Source of the DNA: an uncultured Lachnospiraceae bacterium
GTDB lineage: Bacteria; Bacillota; Clostridia; Oscillospirales; CAG-272
Reading direction: 5' to 3'
Length of the DNA: 64,000 nucleotides
Assembly (NCBI GenBank): GCA_964498965.1
Contig: CAZCJU010000001.1
Span: forward strand, 38,008 to 102,007
Under the pieces are notes generated by a model. The model had not been told where the DNA came from. It ran no database searches and saw nothing but the letters and a program-made list of their open reading frames with translations. Positions 17,282 to 24,043 of the stretch are shown piece by piece (the stretch's first letter is position 1; each line of letters begins with the position of its first letter). The translations under genes were made by a program, and so were the position numbers.

Positions 17282-18049
17282 TTAAAACGTTCTTATCGTT
17301 ATGACGGATATGTTGTCGCGTTCGCCGCGTTGCTTGTTCAATTCGATAAGCCCGAATCCGCCCCTGTCCATGGCAGCTCTGTCGGTCAGTACCTCCGGTC
17401 GCAGAGCCTCGAATATCTCATCGGGGCTTATCTCGTGCCTGAAGCCGTCCGAGCAAAGCATATAAGTGGCGTTTTGAAGCACATGACCGGTGAAAAAGTC
17501 GGGATATACCTCCTGCGACGCTCCTATGCATTGCAGAAGCACGCTTCTTCTTTCGTCGATCTCCGCTTGCTCGGGTGTCATATTGCCCAATGCGACCTCG
17601 CGTGCGACAAAAGTCTGATCGTACGTCAATTGCGTGAGCGTCGAGCCTATTTCATAGGCCCGGGAATCTCCGACGTTCATTATGCAGTAATCCGTTTGCG
17701 TGAGAAGCATTGCGACGGCGGTCGTGCCGAGCCTTACACCTTGTCTGCCGCCGTAGGTCCCTATCACGTTGTTTTGACCGATGAGTATTCTCTCCCACTG
17801 TGCCTTGATCGTGTCGGCATCTATTCCGTTCCGACATAACGTCGGCAGCTCGTCGATCACCCATCGATCGAATGCCCTTATTACCGATGCACTCGCCACC
17901 TCGCCTTTCGCAAGTCCGCCCATTCCGTCACATAAAACAGCAAAAGACAGCCTGCCCGCCGCAGTGTTTATCACCTTGACGGATAAGCTGTCCTGATTTG
18001 TACTTTTCACGTTTCCGATATCCGTATTCGCCGAAACAATAAAATCCAT
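17282..18049 (-). CDS. PP2C-family Ser/Thr protein phosphatase
   Basis: PPM motifs TDIGNVKSTNQDS, VLCDGMGGLAKGEVAS, NVGDSRAY, LCSDGF and ERDNISVI. Start taken as ATG 18049 (MDFIVSANTD...). The 34-codon upstream extension in the ORF track lies in a repeated non-coding cassette. Confidence 0.85.
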   Translation of the reverse strand: MDFIVSANTDIGNVKSTNQDSLSVKVINTAAGRLSFAVLCDGMGGLAKGEVASASVIRAFDRWVIDELPTLCRNGIDADTIKAQWERILIGQNNVIGTYGGRQGVRLGTTAVAMLLTQTDYCIMNVGDSRAYEIGSTLTQLTYDQTFVAREVALGNMTPEQAEIDERRSVLLQCIGASQEVYPDFFTGHVLQNATYMLCSDGFRHEISPDEIFEALRPEVLTDRAAMDRGGFGLIELNKQRGERDNISVITIRTF

Positions 18050-18140
18050 CGTTTGTGCCTTTCTTCGCATGATATTATACGGTCGGCAATTCTCGATATT
18101 CGTTGTACGCATCGTGAGCGTCAATATGTTTATACGTCCG

Positions 18141-18230
18141 TACGCCATCATACGCCATCATACGCCATCATACGCCATCATACGCCATCGTACGTCATCA
18201 TACGTCATCATACGACATCGTACGACATCG
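18141..18230. repeat. Tandem array of nine 10-bp units (TACGNCATCR)
   Basis: tacgccatca x4, tacgccatcg, tacgtcatca x2, tacgacatcg x2. Exact 10-bp phase. Lies about 90-180 bp upstream of the PP2C start codon. Confidence 0.95.
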
Positions 18231-18361
18231 ATCGACAATCGCCGATAACATTATACATTTTATGAATTTAAAAAAATATATATGTTAAAAAAGGACCTTA
18301 TTTTGTAAAAAACGGATCATATCGACAACGTATTCGGCACGCATTCGAATGTAAACGCAAC

Positions 18362-18384
18362 AAAAAAAGGCAACATTGCCTTTT
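18362..18384 (-). terminator. Rho-independent terminator (minus strand) inside repeat copy A
   Basis: Minus strand reads AAAGGCAA-TG-TTGCCTTTTTTTG: a 7-bp stem followed by a T7 run. Lies downstream of the acyl-CoA synthetase gene. Confidence 0.7.
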
Positions 18385-18469
18385 CGTAAATATGTATTTC
18401 ACCTTTAGCTTTTCCGTTCCGTACGCCTTTCCTTCATAAAGCTTTTCCGCTCTCCGTCCGTAAAGCTTT

Positions 18470-18540
18470 CTCCTTCGGGTACGGCGGCGATCGCCGCTCC
18501 TCCCTCGCAAGCCTTCCCCTGCCGGAGAAGGCTTGCGGAG
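18470..18540. repeat. REP-like GC-rich hairpin element
   Basis: ggcggcgatcgccgc palindrome followed by the hairpin gcaagccttc-ccctgccgga-gaaggcttgc (18507..18536). Confidence 0.7.
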
Positions 18541-18552
18541 CGTGGGAGATAT

Positions 18553-20202
18553 TTATTTCACATATTCCTTTGCTTTATTTCTGATGATCTTATCCGACGA
18601 GGTTTTCGGCAAGGAATCGACATACACTATACGTCTGGGGTATTTATACGGGGCGGTGCTTCTTTTTACATAAGCTTGAAGCTCTTTAGTCAGCTCATCG
18701 CTTGCGACGTAGCCTTTATTAAGTGCTATGACGGCACACACTATCTGACCTCTCACGGGGTCGGGTGCTCCGACTATGGCACTTTCCTTTACCGCCGGGT
18801 GGGCATTGAGGATACTTTCTATTTCAAACGGTCCTATTCTGTAGCCCGAGCATTTTATCATATCGTCCACTCGTCCGACGTACCAGAAATAGCCGTCCTC
18901 ATCGGCATACGCCGTATCGCCGGTATGATATATTCCGTCTGCGGCGGGATCGGTTCTTTTTCCGTCGAGGCAATAGCAATCGAGCAAGCCGAGCTGATTT
19001 TTTCTGTCGTGTATCCTCATCACTATTTCGCCCGTTTCGCCCGTTCTGCACAGGCTTCCGTCGGGGTGTACCAGCACGGTATCGTACAAGGGCGAGGGCT
19101 TACCCATTGAAGCGGGGCGGACATCGAGCCACGAGAACGTACAGGTTATGGGAGTACCCTCGCTTTGACCGTAGCCCTCGTGTATATAGTGACCCGTAAG
19201 GGCTTTGAATCTGTCGTTCACCTCGCCCGACAGCGGTTCGCCCGCCGTCGAGAACCACTTTACGGACTTAATATGTTTTTTTTCAAGTCCGTCACGAAGC
19301 AAAAATCTGTACATCGTCGGCGGTATACATATCGAGGTGGGCTTATATTTTTCCGTTATCGCCATCATATTCACGGTATTGAATTTGATCGGGTCGTATG
19401 CGAGTACGGCACTGCCGCATATCCACTGACCGTAGATATTGCCCCAACCGAATTTTGCCCATCCCGAATCGGTCTGAGTCAGGTGCAGACCGTTATTCCG
19501 CACTCTTTGCATAAATTTCGCCGTAACTATATGACCGAGCGGGTACAGTCGGTTGTGTATTGCCATTTTGGGATATCCCGATGTACCGGATGTGAAGTAG
19601 ATCACCATTTCGTCGCTGTTTTCGGCATTTCGTTCCTCCTCGTACAGAGGAGAGCCTGTCATTTCCGCATCGAAGTCGTCATACGGTGTATCGCTTTGTT
19701 TGTTGACTGCCGCAATGCGGACAAGTGAGGGACAAAGTCCGCTTATCCCGTCTATCTGCTTCATCACGAACTCGTCGTCGAGGGCTATGAGCATTTTTGC
19801 CTGTGCCGAATTTATTCTGTATGCGATATCCTTGGTCGTCATCTGTATCGACGAGGGAGCGACGACCGCACCTATTCTCGCACAGGCAACGGCGATGACC
19901 CAATATTCCCATCTGCGTCTGAGCAGGGTGACCACTCTGTCGCCACGACCTATACCGACACACGTGAAATACGATGCCGCTTTTTTCGACAACTCCGAAA
20001 TATCCGAAAACGTGAACACTCTCTCGTCACCGTCGTCGGTGCAATAGACGAGGGCCTTTTTTTCGGGTTCTATCTTCGCCCATTCATCGACGATATCGCG
20101 TGCAAAATCGAAATTTTCGGGTATATTTATTCTGAAATTCTTTTTAAATTCCTCATACGAATCGAACTCGTACTCGGGCAGATATCTTTGCAAAAGCTCC
20201 AT
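18553..20202 (-). CDS. AMP-forming acyl-CoA synthetase (acetyl/medium-chain acyl-CoA ligase family)
   Basis: AMP-binding motifs IYFTSGTSGYPK, YGQSEG, YHTGD and a C-terminal PKTSSDKIIR. Start set to ATG 20202 because the predicted promoter -10 (20252..20257) overlaps the longer ORF start at 20253. Confidence 0.85.
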   Translation of the reverse strand: MELLQRYLPEYEFDSYEEFKKNFRINIPENFDFARDIVDEWAKIEPEKKALVYCTDDGDERVFTFSDISELSKKAASYFTCVGIGRGDRVVTLLRRRWEYWVIAVACARIGAVVAPSSIQMTTKDIAYRINSAQAKMLIALDDEFVMKQIDGISGLCPSLVRIAAVNKQSDTPYDDFDAEMTGSPLYEEERNAENSDEMVIYFTSGTSGYPKMAIHNRLYPLGHIVTAKFMQRVRNNGLHLTQTDSGWAKFGWGNIYGQWICGSAVLAYDPIKFNTVNMMAITEKYKPTSICIPPTMYRFLLRDGLEKKHIKSVKWFSTAGEPLSGEVNDRFKALTGHYIHEGYGQSEGTPITCTFSWLDVRPASMGKPSPLYDTVLVHPDGSLCRTGETGEIVMRIHDRKNQLGLLDCYCLDGKRTDPAADGIYHTGDTAYADEDGYFWYVGRVDDMIKCSGYRIGPFEIESILNAHPAVKESAIVGAPDPVRGQIVCAVIALNKGYVASDELTKELQAYVKRSTAPYKYPRRIVYVDSLPKTSSDKIIRNKAKEYVK

Positions 20203-20251
20203 TTTTCCACAGCTCCGTGTTTTTTTCGTTATTTCATGACCTTTTCTTTGC

Positions 20252-20280
20252 ATTATACTATAATATTGCCGTTAAGTCAA
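20252..20280 (-). promoter_or_regulatory. Sigma-A-type promoter for the acyl-CoA synthetase gene
   Basis: Minus strand: TTGACT (20280..20275), 17-nt spacer, TATAAT (20257..20252). Confidence 0.6.
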
Positions 20281-20371
20281 GGACATTTTTTTCACATTTA
20301 GTATGAATTTTTTAAAACACGGAGAAAATGCGGGGTAAAACGGCAGCTTGTGTCAAAGCTTTATACCGTAT

Positions 20372-20397
20372 GGCGTGCGGTTTTCGGTCCGCACGCC
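20372..20397 (-). terminator. Stem-loop downstream of the last phage-like gene (possible terminator, no U-tract)
   Basis: 9-bp perfect stem ggcgtgcgg / ccgcacgcc with an 8-nt loop, 17 nt after the stop at 20414. It lacks a T-run, so its function is uncertain. Confidence 0.35.
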
Positions 20398-20413
20398 GCA
20401 TCGTTTCGGTCCG

Positions 20414-21358
20414 TCAATCGAAATAATCGATATCTACGCCCGATTTATACAGATCGAGAGCCGTATTCAGCTGTTCCATCGTATATCTCGGATTTTTGGA
20501 GGCGACGATGTTTTTGTATATATTCGCGAAATCGCGTGCGTAATCGTTTGAATCACGCAAGGTTTTCACTATTTCCTTTACCCTGTCGTCATAGCTTTCC
20601 GATTTCTTTTTGGACGTTATCTCCTTGCGGAATTTATTCACCATGGACGAATATCTCGAACTTCCGAATATGCTTTCTGCGTTTTCGGCGTTCACGCCCG
20701 TCACGGATTGATATATCCGTTGCATCTCGTCCGAGGTCTTTGCCTTTTCGAATTCCGTAAGCATTCTGTTATACAGCTCCGTTCTGTACGCCTCGATCGT
20801 TCCGCCGTCCGACGTGCCGGAGCCGGAGGAGGAGTAGGTGCCGTATTTTTTATCGGATTCCGCTTTTTTGAAGTTCAGCTCTTCTCTTTTCAAAGCGTTT
20901 TCCTCCTCGTCGCTTTGAGCCTTGTAAAGCTCGTCCGCAAGCTCTTTATCCGCTTGAAGCTGTGCTTCCGCCCGCTTCGCCTCGATGTCGGACAGTTTGC
21001 CGTTTCTTTCCGACAAAAGCGTGTCGAGTCGGCTCTTGCTGTCGCGTCCGAGCTGTGCCAGATCGGAATTATACGTAAGCTCGCTTTTAAGCTTCATATC
21101 GGTTTCCAATCCGCTTCCCGAATAGCCGTTATTCGTAATGTAGTAATTGAGATACCTACTCGCTTTCGCCTTGTTTGCGGCAAGAGCGTTTTTTTGTTTC
21201 TCGTAAGCGTCGTTTTCCGTTTTGACTTCGCTGTCGTAGCTTTCGTTCGCCACCGCCGCCAAAGCGTTGTACGCTCGGTCTATATTCTCCTTTTTGTCGC
21301 TGTTCAACAGCTGTGCCAGCTGCTTATATGCCTTGTATGCATTGCTTTCGCCCGCCAT
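20414..21358 (-). CDS. Phage-like coiled-coil protein, function unknown
   Basis: 314 aa, rich in K/E/A/S heptad-like sequence (LQADKELADELYKAQSDEEENALKREELNFKKAESDKK). Last gene of the cluster. No catalytic motif recognised. Confidence 0.45.
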   Translation of the reverse strand: MAGESNAYKAYKQLAQLLNSDKKENIDRAYNALAAVANESYDSEVKTENDAYEKQKNALAANKAKASRYLNYYITNNGYSGSGLETDMKLKSELTYNSDLAQLGRDSKSRLDTLLSERNGKLSDIEAKRAEAQLQADKELADELYKAQSDEEENALKREELNFKKAESDKKYGTYSSSGSGTSDGGTIEAYRTELYNRMLTEFEKAKTSDEMQRIYQSVTGVNAENAESIFGSSRYSSMVNKFRKEITSKKKSESYDDRVKEIVKTLRDSNDYARDFANIYKNIVASKNPRYTMEQLNTALDLYKSGVDIDYFD

Positions 21359-21370
21359 TCGATCCCTCCT

Positions 21371-22129
21371 TTAATCGACCGTTCGCTTGTATCCGTAAAC
21401 GAATACCGCACCGCCGCCTCCGCTTACTTCGCCCCAGCCGCCTCCGCCGTAGCCCGACGGATTTTTAACATCGTCCCTTACGGCTCCTCCTACCGCACCC
21501 TTGCCGTAGGTCAGGCAGTCGCCGCCTTTGCCGTAATCGTCAGTGCCGTCGCCGTAAACGCTGTCCGTGCCGTATATTCCGCTTCCTCGTGCGATCTTGG
21601 AATATTCGCTTCCGACGCCGCCGCCCGAGGCGATGCCGATGTATTCCTCTCCGTCCTCGCTCATAAAGCTCGTCGTTTCGCCGACTTGACCGACGCTTCC
21701 GCCTCCTCCGACGGTCACCGTATAACGTCCGGACAGCGATACTCCGTTTATGAGCGACGCATCGCCTCCGCCGCCGCCGAGCGTTACCGTGCCGACGTAG
21801 CCGCCGCCACCGCCGCCTATAAGCACGATATCGTACAAGCCGTTGTAGCTTTCGTATTCGTCCGTGTCGAAAACATATTCGCCCGTCTTGGTAAACGAGG
21901 CAAGACGCACTCTCGTCGGAATGTATTTGTACCCTCCGTCGCCGAGTACCGTGTTCGCCAGCTCGTCCAAAATGCACGGAATGAGCGTGTCGTTTATGTA
22001 ATTTTTGATTATGTTTCCGCTCTCGTCGAATTTCGCCTTGAGTGCCTGCGGCGTGTAGTCCGGGCTTGCGGGCGAATCGGGCAAAGCGGAAATTATGTCC
22101 ATGCTTTTTTTCAGCTTTTCAATTGCCAT
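21371..22129 (-). CDS. Glycine-rich tail-fibre-like protein
   Basis: 252 aa. The N-terminus (ISALPDSPASPDYTPQALKAKFDESGNIIKNYINDTL) resembles N-termini of Firmicutes phage tail fibres. The C-terminal half carries poly-Gly blocks (LIGGGGGGYVG, LGGGGGDA, VGGGGSVG, GYGGGGWGEVSGGGGAV). Confidence 0.55.
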   Translation of the reverse strand: MAIEKLKKSMDIISALPDSPASPDYTPQALKAKFDESGNIIKNYINDTLIPCILDELANTVLGDGGYKYIPTRVRLASFTKTGEYVFDTDEYESYNGLYDIVLIGGGGGGYVGTVTLGGGGGDASLINGVSLSGRYTVTVGGGGSVGQVGETTSFMSEDGEEYIGIASGGGVGSEYSKIARGSGIYGTDSVYGDGTDDYGKGGDCLTYGKGAVGGAVRDDVKNPSGYGGGGWGEVSGGGGAVFVYGYKRTVD

Positions 22130-22204
22130 TCGATTTCCTCAAATTCTTTTTTCGAGATCTCAAAATTTTCATTGTTCGGTTGTAAACCTTTTCCTTTTAT
22201 GTGA

Positions 22205-22340
22205 AGGCTTCTCGGGAAGCTTCTGTGCGATAACGCCCTCATCCGTCAAGCCTTCAAATCGCCGCCTCCCCCGAAAGAGGACGACTTACGGGGGCGGTTA
22301 CCGCCTTCCCCCGGAGGAGGAAGGCTTACGAAGCGGGGTC
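22205..22340. repeat. REP-like GC-rich hairpin element inside the phage-like cluster
   Basis: gccttccccc-ggag-gaggaaggc hairpin (22303..22325), plus cctcatccgtcaagccttc and ccccgaaagagg words of the family. Lies between the endolysin and fibre genes. Confidence 0.7.
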
Positions 22341-23376
22341 AACGGTTTACTTTTATCAAATGCTCCGTTGCACACCAGGTAGACAGCGATGAGCCGATCT
22401 CGCCCGTTTTTCTGTTCACCTTTCTGCCGAGCAGCACGCACTCCGCACCGTTTTTCAGCACCTTATTACCTCGGGAATCGGCTGTTTTTTCCGCAATATA
22501 ATCGTAATCCCGCACCCATTTCGGAAAATTCGCACTGCCGGGTGCATACGAGCTTTTATCCTCTCGAAGCCGCACGACATCTCCGACCTTTATCGTCGTT
22601 TTTTCATTCGGTATAAGAAGCTTTTGACCGACGAATATCAGATTCGGGTCGGCTATACCGTTATATTCGGCAAGGCACTTATACTCCGTACCGTATTTTT
22701 TCGCCACGGCGTAAAGGGTATCGCCCTTTTTCACGATATACTCCGTCGTTCTCCCGTCTGTTTTTTCATTTTCCTTAAGCGACAGCCTAAAGTACTCGGC
22801 TATAGCCTCCGCTTCGGCTTTTGCGACGAGCTTCCTTTTTTCTCCGTCCGCCATAAATCCGCACTCGGCTTTGTTCGTATGGAAGCCGTGTTCGATGATA
22901 TACGAGTATTTCAAGCCGTTTTTCACGCTTGAGCGGATAACGCCGTAATAATCGAGTATTTCGCCGTTATTCCCCTCATATGTCCTCGTCATAACGCCTC
23001 TCAAATATGTTTTGGACGTATGCTTTCGCATTACCGTCGCTACCGCCTCGCCGAGCTTCACGCCCAGTTTGTCGCTCTCGTAGTTTTTTATGCTTCTGAA
23101 AACGGACACGCCGTGAGCCTTTTCGCTGTTTGCGGCATTCGTATGTAACGATATGAACAGCTCCGAGCCGTTATCCCTCGCTGTCTTTCCTCTTTTTTCG
23201 AGTGTCGGGTCGTCATCGACGCTTTGTCTTGTGACGTAAACGTTCACGTCGGCGTATTTTTCAAGCTCTGCTTTAAGCTCGTATGCCAGCTCGAAAACGG
23301 CACTGCCCTCGTAATAGCCGTCAACGATGCCCTTATTCGTATATCGACCGTGACCGGGATCGAGAGTTATCGTCAT
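22339..23376 (-). CDS. Endolysin: N-acetylmuramoyl-L-alanine amidase (Amidase_3) + LysM + C-terminal binding domain
   Basis: 345 aa. Amidase_3 start ITLDPGHGRYTNKG...ELFISLHTNA...EHGFHTN. LysM motif YIVKKGDTLYAVAKKYGTEYKCLAEYNGIADPNLIFVGQKLLIP. SH3-like tail. Confidence 0.9.
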   Translation of the reverse strand: MTITLDPGHGRYTNKGIVDGYYEGSAVFELAYELKAELEKYADVNVYVTRQSVDDDPTLEKRGKTARDNGSELFISLHTNAANSEKAHGVSVFRSIKNYESDKLGVKLGEAVATVMRKHTSKTYLRGVMTRTYEGNNGEILDYYGVIRSSVKNGLKYSYIIEHGFHTNKAECGFMADGEKRKLVAKAEAEAIAEYFRLSLKENEKTDGRTTEYIVKKGDTLYAVAKKYGTEYKCLAEYNGIADPNLIFVGQKLLIPNEKTTIKVGDVVRLREDKSSYAPGSANFPKWVRDYDYIAEKTADSRGNKVLKNGAECVLLGRKVNRKTGEIGSSLSTWCATEHLIKVNR

Positions 23377-23645
23377 TATTTTCCGTCCTCCGTATCCGTA
23401 ATGTCTTTAATAAGCTCGAACGAGCCGTTCGACGAGAGCGACACAAAAGCTCCGTTCACAAAGCACAGTACAAGCTCTCCCGACGAATACGAGCCGGTAA
23501 AAAAAGCGGCAAGCACGAGAAGCGTGACCGCAACGCCGTAGCTCAGCAATCTTGTCGGGATATGAACGGGAACAAGCTCGTCGAAAAGCTCTTTAAGCAG
23601 CTGCGTAAGCAGTGTGACCGCAACGCACGCTCCCGAAAAGCTCAA
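23376..23645 (-). CDS. Holin-like small membrane protein
   Basis: 89 aa with two hydrophobic segments (ACVAVTLLTQLL; LLSYGVAVTLLVLAAFF) and an acidic tail. Sits between the xhlA-like and amidase genes, and its stop overlaps the endolysin start. The true start is uncertain: TTG in the track, and the frame is open 21 codons further upstream without a canonical start. Confidence 0.5.
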   Translation of the reverse strand: MSFSGACVAVTLLTQLLKELFDELVPVHIPTRLLSYGVAVTLLVLAAFFTGSYSSGELVLCFVNGAFVSLSSNGSFELIKDITDTEDGK

Positions 23646-23739
23646 TATACCGCTCCAATCGGTAAAATTCGCAACATCCGCGATATTCGTAATACTATTC
23701 GTAATATTGATTTCCTTTCTTTATAAACGTCCGACAAGC

Positions 23740-24030
23740 TCACAGCCGAGCGGCGAAAAAGCCTATCAACGCCGAGGTGAGAGCGGAAATTATCGCATTT
23801 ACGAATTTTTCGCTTCGCCTCGTCGGAACGCTTTCGAGCCTGTCTATACGCCCGCCATGCTCGCTTATCGTTTTATTCGTATGCTTCAGCTCCGAGGTCA
23901 GCGTGGTCAATGCCGTATTCATCACTCTAAGCTCCTTTGTCAGTTCCTTTATCTCGTTTATCTGGTGCTGTAAGGATTTAATGCTTTGGGATTGACAGCT
24001 TAACGTGACGGAAATCTCCTCCTCCGTCAT
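23740..24030 (-). CDS. xhlA: XhlA-family protein (lysis-associated, coiled coil + C-terminal TM)
   Basis: 96 aa. Coiled-coil N-terminal part (IKSLQHQINEIKELTKELRVMNTALTTLTSELKHTNKTISEHGGRIDRLE) and a C-terminal TM segment (NAIISALTSALIGFFAARL). The order XhlA-holin-amidase matches the PBSX lysis cassette. Confidence 0.6.
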   Translation of the reverse strand: MTEEEISVTLSCQSQSIKSLQHQINEIKELTKELRVMNTALTTLTSELKHTNKTISEHGGRIDRLESVPTRRSEKFVNAIISALTSALIGFFAARL

Positions 24031-24043
24031 ATGCTCACCGTCC

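Larger units (their letters stand above)
18071..18497. repeat. Copy A of an ~420-bp duplicated intergenic cassette (terminator + AT-rich region + 10-bp array + proximal promoter region)
   Basis: By eye it is close to identical, outside the tandem arrays, to 58091..58496. Shared strings include ggtcggcaattctcgatatt, gtgagcgtcaatatgtttatacgtccgtac, and ttatacattttatgaatttaaaaaaatatatatgttaaaaaaggaccttattttgtaaaaaacggatcatatcgacaacgtattcggcacgcattcgaatgtaaacgcaacaaaaaaaggcaacattgccttttcgtaaatatgtatttcacctttagc. Confidence 0.9.

Noticed and set aside
17282-18151. N-terminal extensions of the PP2C ORF (to 18151) and of the zinc-ribbon ORF (56835..58151), which share the peptide TLTMRTTNIE
   Set aside because: The shared peptide comes from the duplicated upstream cassette. 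Internal ATGs at 18049 and 58052 give family-typical N-termini, and the 58052 ATG has a clear GGAGAAAAA RBS.
18141-18230. Possible CRISPR array (also at 58168..58227, 58494..58577 and 27154..27209)
   Set aside because: The units are only 7-10 bp and directly abutting, with no spacers. No cas genes are in the window. These are simple tandem repeats, not CRISPR.
18053-18265. 70-aa ORF 'HHTPSYAIIRHHTPSYVIIRHH...'
   Set aside because: It is a translation of the 10-bp tandem array. It has no RBS and lies in a non-coding cassette that is duplicated elsewhere.
20708-22204. 498-aa ORF on the plus strand across the phage-like fibre genes
   Set aside because: It is antisense to two minus-strand genes that have an RBS and coherent protein features. 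Its translation is dominated by R/V/A/F low complexity, mirroring the Gly/Ala/Asp-rich sense strand.
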